A stretch of 64,000 bases of DNA from Thermofilaceae archaeon (GCA_038861545.1 JAWCCZ010000003.1:64001-128000); one strand, 5' to 3'; counted from the first letter of the stretch, positions 9,170 to 19,690 are shown. Notes: generated from the letters alone by a model not told the origin. Translations and numbers: made by a program.

Positions 9170-10273
9170 TTACTCTTCGCCAGGTTTAAGCCTATTCCTT
9201 AATTTCTCTAGAACCGCAGGCAATGTCGTGTATTCCATTTCATCAGGTCCCAATCTATGAGGCATGAAGGGCCCATGTCTCCTTAAGTAATCGGCTATTT
9301 CCATGGCTATTCTCCTCGTATAATCGAAAGCTGGATCGTCGAAGAGGTCGTTGGGGCCTTCTAGGTACCCGTTGTGAAGCTGGAAACCAAGTGCTACTAC
9401 CCTCGGTGGACCATCAAACCTGGTTGGCTTAGCATTTTTCAATGCTACAGGCATTAGTGGACCATGATGGCTTCCTCTCATCCAGCCAGCTACTATGTGT
9501 GGAAAAGCAAAGGCCTCAAGTACTTCACCAACAGCAGGGAAGCCATGCTGAGTCCTAACTAAAAGCACAGGGTCATCTTTACCTACGTAGCGGCCAGCTA
9601 TCAAGCTTAGCCTAGTTACACTGGCTGCAGCACCAATTTCATTATCAGACTTCCTATACACTTTTCTGATCACATACCTACCAGGTGTACCGATTAATGC
9701 TAGAAGATCATATGCTTCCTCTGGAGTATTCATAATAACGTATTTATGCTCAATTACATCATAAACTTCGAACTTGAATCCATCGTGCATGCTTGGATCT
9801 ATTACTAGGCCAGCTGTGTTGAAGGGGTCAGCAAACATCTTGTAAAGTGGCATATTCCATGCGCCGGGTTCAGTTTTATCAGCCGCGAAGACTATTAGTG
9901 GCTCGCTTTTTCTCTCTTCAAAGCTCATTTCAGCTACTCCTGGACCCATGCCTTTTACGTTACCGCTAAATGTATCCTTAAGTAGATCTTGACCAGCTCC
10001 GTAGAGTTTTAATGGTTTGCTAACTTTTTCTGTAGCTTCAACAAATGTGTCCCATGCCAGCTTATGAATTTCGGGGTTGTTATCCCCTCTAGTATGTGTC
10101 ATAAGGAGCTGCAGGTCATCCCCACAATTGAAAACATGATAATCTATGATCAATCCTGTTTCCTCAGCTTCTTTCAATTTTTTCTCGGCATACTCTATTA
10201 ACTTAGGATGGACCGTGCTGTGTCCAACCCAGCCACCGATATCCGCCTTTATATGGCTGACAGTAACCTTCAT
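9170..10273 (-). CDS. fbp: Fructose-1,6-bisphosphate aldolase/phosphatase
   Basis: KADIGG, GDD, LYGAGQDLL, YVGKDDP, GWMRGSH, EMEYTTLP. Confidence 0.98.
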   Translation of the reverse strand: MKVTVSHIKADIGGWVGHSTVHPKLIEYAEKKLKEAEETGLIIDYHVFNCGDDLQLLMTHTRGDNNPEIHKLAWDTFVEATEKVSKPLKLYGAGQDLLKDTFSGNVKGMGPGVAEMSFEERKSEPLIVFAADKTEPGAWNMPLYKMFADPFNTAGLVIDPSMHDGFKFEVYDVIEHKYVIMNTPEEAYDLLALIGTPGRYVIRKVYRKSDNEIGAAASVTRLSLIAGRYVGKDDPVLLVRTQHGFPAVGEVLEAFAFPHIVAGWMRGSHHGPLMPVALKNAKPTRFDGPPRVVALGFQLHNGYLEGPNDLFDDPAFDYTRRIAMEIADYLRRHGPFMPHRLGPDEMEYTTLPAVLEKLRNRLKPGEE

Positions 10274-10428
10274 GTATCTGTCCCTCGCAAGGGTTGCGCG
10301 ACCAACGACTTAAATATTTCCATTGTAGATAAGGAAAACGTTCTAAAGCTGATAACTCCGCACAAATATTCAAAGCTTCATAGAACTTTAAAGACCACAG
10401 CTTTGTAATGGAAACAAAGTCGAAGATG

Positions 10429-10531
10429 TGGCGCCGGGGCCGGGATTCGAACCCGGGACCTCCCGGTTAACAGCCGGGCGCTTTCGAGGCCAATACTGGG
10501 TTTCGGCACTACCGGGCTAAGCTACCCCGGC
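10429..10531 (-). tRNA. tRNA-Asn(GUU) with 26-nt D-arm intron (22/23; 10483-10508), encoded CCA
   Basis: Acceptor GCCGGGG/CCCCGGC, anticodon arm CCCGG-CTGTTAA-CCGGG, TTCGAAT T-loop; insert TGCCGAAACCCAGTATTGGCCTCGAA forms a relaxed BHB. Confidence 0.93.
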
Positions 10532-11120
10532 GTGAAGGTGACTTTCCATGGGATATATATCCTTTCAGCTTTCGTGTCTTATAAAAAGTATATACTAAGG
10601 CTTATACTATTCAACTTTTTAGTCAGCAGTCGCAGCTTCTCTAATGATTCTAGGCTTCTCGTTAAATGATTCACCACCGCTCCTTTTTCAATTCCGTAAC
10701 TTGTATACAGTACTAATTGACGCTCACTCTAATCGCCTGGTTTGATCCATACCCAGAGCATAGATTAGAGCATGTTCCTTAAATGCTTCAAAAGCGGTGC
10801 ATCCACTAAATATTTTAGTTCGTCGTTACTCCTATAATATGATTCCTCTATAAAAGTTCTCAATGGCTAGAATTATTTTCCGATCTAGAATGACGGCCCT
10901 TGAGATTGTTCCTAGACTCGACATCGATATAAAGCTGGATACTACTAGCTATGTAGTTTTATCCTCTGCTTTTTATTTTGCTATGTGTTAGAGACAAGTA
11001 TAAAGAAAGAGTTCGACCAGTAGTAATTGTATCAGTATATAAAATATTAAAATATTAGATTTATCTTTTAATAAATTACTTTTCAAAGAATTCTATTATT
11101 TATAACAAAGATTAAAATTT

Positions 11121-13493
11121 CTAACCAAAGAAGTCGAGTAAGGTTTGTTGACCTTTTTCTAATAATTGTTCATCTTTAATACCAAAATACTCGAGAATTC
11201 TAAGCGTAGCCGGCAATATTTGTCTTCTTATATAATAATCGGCATCAATTTCATTTACATTTCTAACCAGTACATATGGAATTGCTTTTTCAGATAATTT
11301 TTCTCCGCCTTTACCTTTGCTTATAATGAAGCCTATCTTACCTCCTTTAGGAACCTTATAGCCTGCTTCCATCAACTTTTTAGCTGCGATCACATGAGCT
11401 GTTTCTACTTCATAATCTTCAGGCGATTTTGTAAGAGTTTTCCATACAATTAATTTTTCAAGTGGTATTTTACCTGCATACAAGTTCTCTATAATTCCCC
11501 TGACATAGTTTACAGCTTTGCCAACGTCTTCCTCCCTGAGAATTATTTCTATTACTTTTTCCTGTACCTCTCTAGCCAGTTCAGCCCAGTCCCCCCTCAC
11601 TGCTTCCAGTCCAACGACGTCTATTCTACCGTTTTCTAGTAATCCACAGTACCGTTTTTTAGCCTCTGTAAAGAAAATCTTTTTATAAAGTTTATCAACT
11701 TTTATATCTAAATTAAGATTTTCATTAATAATATTAATCAATTTACTAATCTTATCGGGCTCATATATAACGAAAACGCTATCTGTGTCACCGTATATTA
11801 CTACTAATCCCAGATTCTGAGCCAGTTTTATTGTTTCACTAATAGTTTTTCTGCCCCATGCAGTAGTAGCCTCAGCCACTTGTCTTCTGTACCATCTAGC
11901 TCCCACCCAGCCACAGTACCCATAGGTGGCGTTCGCTATCACTTTGATGGCTTTCTGTCTCTCTTCGAGTATTCGATACTCGGAACTCTCCGGATCTAAA
12001 CCTTTCATCCTTTCCCTTACCTCCTTTCTAGCATTCAGCAGTCTTTCGAGCACTTTTTTGTAGAATCCCGGCGGTGTTTTTCTAAATGCATGCTTAACTT
12101 CCGGTGCAATGTTAATGTTATTCTCATCCCTTTCCTCCTCAGGAAGTAGTAATGTATCAGGAGAGATATTGTATTTAATCATTAGATTCGGGTACATCGA
12201 TGAAAAATCAAGGACTGCCACATTCTTATGAACACCAGGTTTAGGTTTAAGCACGATAGCCCCCTTATAGGGTTCATAAGGTCTCTCGGTTCTATTGGGA
12301 ATTAATTCGTCGAACTCAAAAGCTGCTCGCATAAGGTGCCATTCAACTCTGTAACCAACAGAGGCCGCTCCAACTTGGTCTAATGTTAGGCCAACTAGGC
12401 TAGAAAGCTGTACGGCAAAGGGAAGAAACTTCTCAGCTAGACCAAATGTACTATCTGCATCGTCCTTAGCATATTGAAAGAAAAGAGGCCGTTTATTTAA
12501 GTCATCCCAGTATTCGTGAACCTTAGATGCATCTATAAGTAATCTATCGCTCTTAGCTTTGACCCCCAAGTAATCGGCTACATTATCTAAAGTCTTAATT
12601 TTTATTTCAGAAATTTCATCAGCATAATCGTATAAGTCAACATTAGCTCTTCCCACTATTGAATAATGACCATACGCGCTAAGTGTTGGCTCGCCACCGC
12701 CTCTGGATATGTTAAGTTTTATTCTATGAGCCTTGCATCTAGTCAGAATGTACGGCCAATCGAATCGATTACTGTTATAGCCTACTATGACATCAGGATC
12801 ATACTCCAATAGATCTTTCACGAATTGTTGAAGTAAAGTTTTATCATCTTTACTGTCAGTAGTAAAGAGTCTTACATCCTCTTGGCCAGTAGCTACTGAA
12901 ATAACAATTATCGGATCCCTTTCCGGATTCGGTTCGCCAAATGGGTTATAGCATTCAATGTCAAAGGCATAGATTCGTAGTTGAGGTGGGTTTCCAAAAC
13001 CTATGTACTGGGGGCTATTTTCAGCTAAATAAACGGAATCTACACGCCATCCATCTTCATTTGATATCTCTTTCACCGTAATCTCGTGCCAGCTGCAAGG
13101 ATATACGCCCTTATCTATCATGTAACGCATGTAAAATCGGATATCGGATTCAAGCACATCATGTATACTTTCAATTTTCAGAAGCGTTTCACGAAGCTGT
13201 GGAACATCTCTTGGTGAGGTCAATGTAACTTTCAGAACTTTAACTTCTTTACCAAAATACTTCTTTTCGAGAAGTTCAATGTTAGAAATATTATACTTAC
13301 TGGATAGCGCATATATTCTCTCAGCTACTTGGTTTTCTTTCCCTTCAACTGGAAGTACGTACACATACGGCCTAAAGCTTCTATCTAAGACTACGACTCG
13401 CTTGCCTTCGCGGTCTATCCCCCATAATCTTACCTCAGGAACCCCTCCCACCATCTCATAACTAGCATCTAGTAACCAAAACTCTAATCTCAT
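11121..13493 (-). CDS. polB: Family B DNA polymerase (PolB3-like), no intein
   Basis: Exo motifs FDIE, YNSNRFD, YAKDD; Pol motifs DFSSMYP, KVIANATYGY, YGDTDS. Confidence 0.97.
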   Translation of the reverse strand: MRLEFWLLDASYEMVGGVPEVRLWGIDREGKRVVVLDRSFRPYVYVLPVEGKENQVAERIYALSSKYNISNIELLEKKYFGKEVKVLKVTLTSPRDVPQLRETLLKIESIHDVLESDIRFYMRYMIDKGVYPCSWHEITVKEISNEDGWRVDSVYLAENSPQYIGFGNPPQLRIYAFDIECYNPFGEPNPERDPIIVISVATGQEDVRLFTTDSKDDKTLLQQFVKDLLEYDPDVIVGYNSNRFDWPYILTRCKAHRIKLNISRGGGEPTLSAYGHYSIVGRANVDLYDYADEISEIKIKTLDNVADYLGVKAKSDRLLIDASKVHEYWDDLNKRPLFFQYAKDDADSTFGLAEKFLPFAVQLSSLVGLTLDQVGAASVGYRVEWHLMRAAFEFDELIPNRTERPYEPYKGAIVLKPKPGVHKNVAVLDFSSMYPNLMIKYNISPDTLLLPEEERDENNINIAPEVKHAFRKTPPGFYKKVLERLLNARKEVRERMKGLDPESSEYRILEERQKAIKVIANATYGYCGWVGARWYRRQVAEATTAWGRKTISETIKLAQNLGLVVIYGDTDSVFVIYEPDKISKLINIINENLNLDIKVDKLYKKIFFTEAKKRYCGLLENGRIDVVGLEAVRGDWAELAREVQEKVIEIILREEDVGKAVNYVRGIIENLYAGKIPLEKLIVWKTLTKSPEDYEVETAHVIAAKKLMEAGYKVPKGGKIGFIISKGKGGEKLSEKAIPYVLVRNVNEIDADYYIRRQILPATLRILEYFGIKDEQLLEKGQQTLLDFFG

Positions 13494-13592
13494 CTCATTT
13501 CAATGATCTTTTTAACCCTTTAAATTCAGCGCGGATACTGTAAAGCGCTTAACTTTACTCGAAGAACTTTAACAGCATACAAAGTAATGAAA

Positions 13593-14192
13593 TTAGACTG
13601 GGATGAATTCCTCTGATATACCGTTGTTGGTTATAACTAAAAGATCTATACCGTCGCCACTCATAGCGTCTCTACTGAAGGCAACTTTAATGGATTTTAA
13701 AGCTAAAGAGCGAGCCTCTTTAACATTGATTTCTTTTTTGTACTCGCTTTCAATAACACTTATCGCTAACTGCGCCCCGGTTCCCACAGCTGCATACTCG
13801 TCTTCTATAGCTGCACCTAGAGGGTCTAGGACGTAAACATGTGTCCCATCTTCGTCAATTCCCCCTATGATCATTTCAACTATGTAGGGAGCTACCCTGC
13901 TACTATTGTATAAAATTAGAGAGAGCAATTTAGCCAGGTTGTATACCTTTGGCTTTAAACTGCTTTCAAGTTCGTAAAGTCTCATCTCAGCTTCGAGCAT
14001 TCTGGCTAATGTCTGCATGTCTGCTACAAATCCAGCACTAGCGATACCTGCTCGATCCAGAACCTTGAAAACCTTTTTTCCAGCTTTGCTCATTAAGGTG
14101 TACCCATAAGTTACTCGCTTATCGGCAGCTAGGACCACTCCATCTTTAGCTTTTATCCCAAGTGCCGTTGCACCGGGATAATATTCTGACAA
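13593..14192 (-). CDS. psmB: Proteasome beta subunit (probably the non-catalytic paralog)
   Basis: GVVLAADKR, GTGAQLA, RDAMSG; has GATALG where active subunits have G/TTTVG. Confidence 0.92.
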   Translation of the reverse strand: MSEYYPGATALGIKAKDGVVLAADKRVTYGYTLMSKAGKKVFKVLDRAGIASAGFVADMQTLARMLEAEMRLYELESSLKPKVYNLAKLLSLILYNSSRVAPYIVEMIIGGIDEDGTHVYVLDPLGAAIEDEYAAVGTGAQLAISVIESEYKKEINVKEARSLALKSIKVAFSRDAMSGDGIDLLVITNNGISEEFIPV

Positions 14193-14263
14193 CTTAATCC
14201 CCTAATACCATTCGTACGCGCTCTTTAAAAAGTATATGCATAAAAGTATGCAAGCGATGGACT

Positions 14264-15286
14264 GTGTGTACATCGATCTTCACTGGAATACAAATAGCTC
14301 CTGCAAGTTGGAGAGAACTCTATGAAACAGCCAAACGTAGAGCTGCCAAAGTCGGAGTGAAGAAGTCAAGAAATCAGTTTAGAACGTTGAAAAGACTTGA
14401 AGAAGCTAGAATAAGAACAGCGTCCACATATGTAGCCAAAATTCTAAGAGATATTGCACTTACAAGCCCATTTCTAGAGTCCCTTCACCCTTTCTACAGG
14501 GAACTACTCAAGACAATTATAGACGAAAATGTATACCGACTTTGCCTGTCAAGGATATATTCTATATCAAAAGTTATAGATAAGCTAATGTATGAACATG
14601 TAAAAAGAGTTTTTCTCAGCGAAGATATCAGAGAAATTCGTCATTATCGGAAGGCTTTCTTCGGAAGACTAAGCTCGCTTCTTAAAGATTTAGATGATTG
14701 TTTCAAGGCACTCCGAAGTTGGCAAGCAGAGATACTAAAACTACCCACAATCGATGTAACCATCCCATCAATCATTATAGCAGGTGCACCAAATGTAGGT
14801 AAGTCATCCTTGCTTAGGTCGATTTCCAAAGCCTCTCCCGAAGTTAAACCTTATCCGTTTACTACAAAAAACGTGTACGTTGGACATCTAGAATTAGGTG
14901 AAGCAAAAGTGCAGGCAATCGATACTCCGGGCTTGCTTGATCGTCCTTTAGAAGAGAAAGGGCTCATAGAAAGAAGAACTATAGCGGCTCTTAGATTCCT
15001 GAACGGAATCGTAGTTTTTGTTTTCGATCCAACTATAACTTGCGGGTTCTCTCTAGATTATCAACTGACTGTATATAATGAAGTAAAGAGCTTGCTCGGG
15101 GAAACTCCGATAGTAATTGTTTCAAATAAGGTTGATTTAACATCGCCTACTCAAGCTTCTGAACTAGTAAAAATGTTGGATGAGGAGGCTAAAAATTTAA
15201 TTTTTATATCAGCTTTCTATAAAATTGGTATTGATTATATGCTAAGCGAGATTGAAAAATATTTCCCAACCACACGTAAAAGTTAA
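14264..15286 (+). CDS. NOG1-family GTPase
   Basis: GAPNVGKSS, YPFTT, DTPG, NKVD; helical N-domain with LHPFY. Confidence 0.93.
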   Translation: MCTSIFTGIQIAPASWRELYETAKRRAAKVGVKKSRNQFRTLKRLEEARIRTASTYVAKILRDIALTSPFLESLHPFYRELLKTIIDENVYRLCLSRIYSISKVIDKLMYEHVKRVFLSEDIREIRHYRKAFFGRLSSLLKDLDDCFKALRSWQAEILKLPTIDVTIPSIIIAGAPNVGKSSLLRSISKASPEVKPYPFTTKNVYVGHLELGEAKVQAIDTPGLLDRPLEEKGLIERRTIAALRFLNGIVVFVFDPTITCGFSLDYQLTVYNEVKSLLGETPIVIVSNKVDLTSPTQASELVKMLDEEAKNLIFISAFYKIGIDYMLSEIEKYFPTTRKS

Positions 15287-15309
15287 AGGAGGCTCTTAAA
15301 GGATACTCT

Positions 15310-15822
15310 ATGCCAAAAATAGGGATAATCTCTGATACTCACGATAATCTTCAGGCTCTTGATAATCTCTTAAATAAGTTTGAGGAACGCGGAGTCAAGA
15401 GCTTAATTCATGCGGGAGATATAATAGCGCCTTTCACCTTAAAAAGAATACTTGAAAGAAACTTCGAGTTTAATGGAGTATTCGGCAATAATGACGGTGA
15501 GCTATTAACCTTATCTAAGATCGCAGAAAAGAATGGTGTTTTTATTTCTCAACAACCTTTAATTTTGGAATTTAGCAATGCTGAAATGGTGATACTACAC
15601 GGTGCAGGAGGTATACTCGAGACAAGGAAGTTCGTGGAGTCCTTAGCTAAAAGTGGTGACTACAACGTGATAGTATATGGCCATACCCACGAGTTAGACG
15701 TAAGGAGAATGGGTAAAGTACTTATAATAAATCCTGGAGAAGTATGTGGGTATTTATCGGGAATATCAACAGCTGTAATATTTGACCCAGAAAAATTCGA
15801 AACAGAAGTAGTTAAGCTCTAG
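15310..15822 (+). CDS. MJ0936/YfcE-family metallophosphoesterase
   Basis: SDTHDN, HAGD, GNND, GHTH, NPG. Confidence 0.92.
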   Translation: MPKIGIISDTHDNLQALDNLLNKFEERGVKSLIHAGDIIAPFTLKRILERNFEFNGVFGNNDGELLTLSKIAEKNGVFISQQPLILEFSNAEMVILHGAGGILETRKFVESLAKSGDYNVIVYGHTHELDVRRMGKVLIINPGEVCGYLSGISTAVIFDPEKFETEVVKL

Positions 15823-15906
15823 TCATAGACTAATGAGTGTATGGCTATACTAAATGTACTTATGAACTAGTCAAGCAAATAATTTTAAGGTTTGAAATTC
15901 GATGCT

Positions 15907-16974
15907 ATGAGCAATGTGACGAGGGGACCCCATGAGATTGAATTACCTGCTAAGGTTATAACTGGAAGCGGCGCGTTATCGATGCTACCAGGGCTTCTGG
16001 AAAACTTTGGTTATAAGAGGATAGCGCTCTTCACTGGACCTAATGTAAAAACGATTTTCAGTTATAGAGTCGAAAACATGCTGAATAAAGCTGGGTTTGA
16101 ATGTCAGTCACACATTGTTAAAGAGGCTAGTAAACCAGAGGCAGAAATGGCAGCGTTATTTGCTAAAGAGGTAGAGGCAGATGCTATAGTCGCCGTAGGG
16201 GGTGGTAAAGTAATAGATGTTGCCAAATATGTATCCTATATTTATAGTATAAGATTTGTAAGCGTCCCTACAGCTGTATCTCATGACGGCATAGCTAGTC
16301 CAGCTATCTCGCTAAAGGATGTGGAAGGTTTCCCTGTAAGTAGATTTGCTAGACCACCAGTAGCGGTGGTTGCCGATATCGACGTGATTTCGCAAGCTCC
16401 TAAGAAGCTATTGGCAAGCGGTTTTGGAGATATAATAGGTAAGCTGACTAGCGTGCGAGATGCTGTTCTGGCTAGAAAAATTAAAGGAGAATATATAGGG
16501 GATTATAGTCTTGCGTTAGCTAAATTGAGTGCACAGATGGTAGCAGAGAACGCGGAACGGGTAGCCATGCAGGATCCCGAAGGTGTAAGTATTCTAGTTG
16601 AAGCCGCGATAAGTTGTGGAGTTGCAATGGCTATAGCGGGTAGCTCCAGACCATGTTCAGGTAGTGAGCATTTATTTAGTCATGCACTTGACATCGTGTA
16701 TCCTGAAAAGACTAGTTTGCATGGCGAGCAGGTGGGGATCGGAACTGTAATGATGGCGTATCTTCATGGAATTAACTGGAAACGCGTAAGGCAGTTATTA
16801 CGTATAGTTGGTGCACCAACTACTAATGAGGAACTCGATGTTCCTTGGAAGGCCATAGTAAACGCACTCATGATAGCCCATAGGGTAAGAGAACGATATA
16901 CTATCTTGGGTGAAGGAGGTTTAAGTGAATCTGCCGCATTTAAACTTGCAAAGGTGACCGGTGTTATCGAGTGA
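15907..16974 (+). CDS. egsA: sn-glycerol-1-phosphate dehydrogenase
   Basis: GGGKVIDVAK, SHDGIASP, SSRPCSGSEHLFSHALD, HGEQVG. ATG at 15907 preferred over TTG at 15892. Confidence 0.95.
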   Translation: MSNVTRGPHEIELPAKVITGSGALSMLPGLLENFGYKRIALFTGPNVKTIFSYRVENMLNKAGFECQSHIVKEASKPEAEMAALFAKEVEADAIVAVGGGKVIDVAKYVSYIYSIRFVSVPTAVSHDGIASPAISLKDVEGFPVSRFARPPVAVVADIDVISQAPKKLLASGFGDIIGKLTSVRDAVLARKIKGEYIGDYSLALAKLSAQMVAENAERVAMQDPEGVSILVEAAISCGVAMAIAGSSRPCSGSEHLFSHALDIVYPEKTSLHGEQVGIGTVMMAYLHGINWKRVRQLLRIVGAPTTNEELDVPWKAIVNALMIAHRVRERYTILGEGGLSESAAFKLAKVTGVIE

Positions 16975-17720
16975 GCGGTAAGTTAGCTTTAATGCGGTAC
17001 ACTGATGCACACTGTCATGCGCACGAATTTCCGGTGGATGAATTAACGGCCTATCAGAATGAATTCGATGTAATTGTAGCTGTATCTGATGATTTTAAGT
17101 CTTCGCTGAGAACAGTTGCTTTAGCCGATAAATTTAAATTCATAAAAGCTAGCATAGGGATTCACCCCTGGTCTTTAGGAGAAATAAATGTCGAAGAGCA
17201 ACTACACGGATTAGAGAAGTTGATAGCCAGAAAGGAAATAATATGTCTTGGTGAGATAGGTTTAGATAGAGCATTCACTCCTCATACTATAGAAAGGCAG
17301 TTAACAGTTTTTAGACGGCTGCTACAACTCGCGAAGGACTATGATTTAGCGGTAAATCTTCACGCGGCAAAATCATGGAAGCAAGTTCTAGACGAGGTTG
17401 TTGCCTATGGCATTAAACGTGTGCTTTTTCACTGGTATAGTGGACCTCCTGAGATATTAGCCGAAATCTCTGCTAAAGGATATATAATATCAATCAATCC
17501 AACGGTTAAAGTTAGTAAAAAACACTTGATAATAGCAAAGCAAGCTCCTTTACAAACTTTAACTTTTGAAAGCGATGGTCCTTATATGTACAGGGGGATG
17601 GCTTTGAAGCCCAGCTTGATACCAGAGACCTTAAAGCTGATCGCTAAAGTTAGAGAACTCGATGTTCTAGAATTAGTAACTATCGTTAACGAAAATCTTT
17701 TTAAATTTTTAGGAATATAA
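16971..17720 (+). CDS. TatD-family hydrolase
   Basis: DAHCH, GIHP, GEIGLD, LH, FHWY, ESDGP. Confidence 0.92.
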   Translation: MSGKLALMRYTDAHCHAHEFPVDELTAYQNEFDVIVAVSDDFKSSLRTVALADKFKFIKASIGIHPWSLGEINVEEQLHGLEKLIARKEIICLGEIGLDRAFTPHTIERQLTVFRRLLQLAKDYDLAVNLHAAKSWKQVLDEVVAYGIKRVLFHWYSGPPEILAEISAKGYIISINPTVKVSKKHLIIAKQAPLQTLTFESDGPYMYRGMALKPSLIPETLKLIAKVRELDVLELVTIVNENLFKFLGI

Positions 17721-17829
17721 TTATAGAGTTTCAGTATTATATTCGGAAAGGAGTTGTAAAGTTCAGTAAAACTATGTTTATCCATGTATTTTGTTAACAA
17801 CCAACGGAAGATTTTTAAGGCCATGAAGG

Positions 17830-17853
17830 CGCGCTTTTACGCGCAAAAGCGCG
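17830..17853. promoter_or_regulatory. Perfect inverted repeat in ssb promoter/leader
   Basis: CGCGCTTTT-ACGCGC-AAAAGCGCG between a TATA-like TTTTAAGG (~17813) and the ssb start. Confidence 0.4.
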
Positions 17854-17863
17854 AGATAAAAAT

Positions 17864-18280
17864 GTGAAAAAAAGAGAACCTGTAGAATTGAAAGTAAAAG
17901 ATTTGAGACCGAGTTCTAAATGGTTTACAGTTAAAGTTAAAATCTTAAATATGGGGGATGAGAAAAATGTATTCTCAAGGGATGGAAGTCAACATAGGGT
18001 TGCAGAAGCTTTAGTTGGAGATGAAACAGGAAGTATTCTCTTGACTCTATGGGATAACGATATTGATAAGGTAAGAGGGCTTATCGGATCCACAGTAGCG
18101 GTCAAAAATGGATACATAGTGTTATTCCGCGGGTCCATGCGGCTCGCGCTTGGTAGATTTGGAAGTCTTGAAGAAGTAGACGAAGAAATAACTGATGTTA
18201 ATGAAGAATTAAATATGTCTGAAAAGATGTATAGTCAAAGAGGTAGCTTTCGTTCCCGTAGGCCTAGAGGAGAATTTTAA
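17864..18280 (+). CDS. ssb: Crenarchaeal single-stranded DNA-binding protein (single OB fold)
   Basis: KVKDLRP, VGDETGSILLTLW, KNGY...FRG.MRL; basic C-terminal tail. Confidence 0.92.
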   Translation: MKKREPVELKVKDLRPSSKWFTVKVKILNMGDEKNVFSRDGSQHRVAEALVGDETGSILLTLWDNDIDKVRGLIGSTVAVKNGYIVLFRGSMRLALGRFGSLEEVDEEITDVNEELNMSEKMYSQRGSFRSRRPRGEF

Positions 18281-18319
18281 TATAATTTTAAATTTAACAA
18301 TATTTTTATATAAACTAAC

Positions 18320-19690
18320 TTACCATGAATATTCTTCTGAAATAATTACCGCCAAGTAAAAGTCGTTTACATTCGTCCCCGTCGGGCCTGTAATTATGTG
18401 TCCACCTACAGACTTAAAGAATTCGTAGCTATTATTATTGTCTAAGAAATTGGTTGGTCTAAGCCCTAGCTTAGCTGCTCTCTCTGCAGTCCTCCCATCG
18501 ACTACTGCACCCGCGACCTCCGTTGGACCATCAATTCCATCGCTTCCCATCGCGGCAATGGCTACTCCTCTTTCGCCAGCTATCTGGACTGCAGCAGAAA
18601 GTGCAAATTCCTGGTTTCTGCCACCTTTACCCTCCCCTTTAACTATTACCGTTGTTTCTCCTCCGCATAAAATGACAGCCGGCGAAGGGATTGGGGTAGA
18701 ACTGCGTTTAACTTCTAACGCTACTGCAGTTAAGAATTTTGCTGCCTCCTTTGCTTCACCCTGTAACATGCTAGTAAGGATTAGCGAATTTAATCCCATG
18801 CGTTTAGCATATATATCCATAGCTCGGAGCGCAATAAGGTTACTCCCTATTAGTACATTATATACCTGTTCAAAGCATGGATCACCAGGTTTCGGCGTCT
18901 CGCGGAGCTTCCCGCTTATCCCATTTTCGATAAGCTCGCGAATCCTAGGGGGTACTTTATCCAGAATTTCATAGCGTTCTAACACCATTCGCGCATCTAT
19001 AAAAGTGGTAGAATCGGGAACAGTGGGTCCTGAAGCAATTACATCCAATCTATCTCCTACGACATCTGAAATTATTAATGAAAGCACTGGAGAGGGGTTT
19101 GCGGCAGCTGCTAGTTGTCCACCCTTCAGCAGTGATAAATGTTTTCTAACAGTGTTAACTTCTGCGATTGTTGCACCTGATTTTAAAAGCAGATTGGTTA
19201 CAGTACTCAGGTCTTCTAACGAGAGTCCAGGGACCGGTAATTCCATTAAAGCTGAACCACCACCCGAAATAAGTATCAATAATGGTCTTCTTTCTTCTTT
19301 TGCCTTACGAGCCAGCTCCAGGGCTAGCATTCCAGCTTTGATGCTCCCTTCATCAGGACTTGGATGCCCAGCCTCTATTTGTTCTATTCTAGTAAGCTTG
19401 GTTTTTGGTGCGCCTCGCGGCAGGGTAGCTACGCCGCTCTTCACCAGATTACCCGCAAGTTCTTCAATAGCTTCAGCCATTCTACTTGCAGCTTTACCAA
19501 GAGCTATAACATAGAAACCCTCTTTAACATTCACCGCATAACTATTATCTACCATAAGGCTACACTCAACCAGCTTAACTTTTTCTAAAACTAAGCGTCT
19601 AGAGTCAACTGCTCTAAGACCTTCTAACAGCAAGGTCATCGCTATCTTACGTGCCAACTCGTCTTGACCATTCACTAAGTTTATGTTCAT
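18320..19690 (-). CDS. Glycerate 2-kinase (MOFRL family)
   Basis: GKAA, GHPSPD, ISGGGSAL, SDVVGD, GGETTV, GGRNQE, TGPTGTNVND. Start uncertain (19690 or 19723). Confidence 0.93.
   Translation of the reverse strand: MNINLVNGQDELARKIAMTLLLEGLRAVDSRRLVLEKVKLVECSLMVDNSYAVNVKEGFYVIALGKAASRMAEAIEELAGNLVKSGVATLPRGAPKTKLTRIEQIEAGHPSPDEGSIKAGMLALELARKAKEERRPLLILISGGGSALMELPVPGLSLEDLSTVTNLLLKSGATIAEVNTVRKHLSLLKGGQLAAAANPSPVLSLIISDVVGDRLDVIASGPTVPDSTTFIDARMVLERYEILDKVPPRIRELIENGISGKLRETPKPGDPCFEQVYNVLIGSNLIALRAMDIYAKRMGLNSLILTSMLQGEAKEAAKFLTAVALEVKRSSTPIPSPAVILCGGETTVIVKGEGKGGRNQEFALSAAVQIAGERGVAIAAMGSDGIDGPTEVAGAVVDGRTAERAAKLGLRPTNFLDNNNSYEFFKSVGGHIITGPTGTNVNDFYLAVIISEEYSW

Noticed and set aside
11121-13493. 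Inteins in PolB (also checked TopA and Tes)
   Set aside because: Lengths are normal, and no intein splice motifs or LAGLIDADG inserts were seen.
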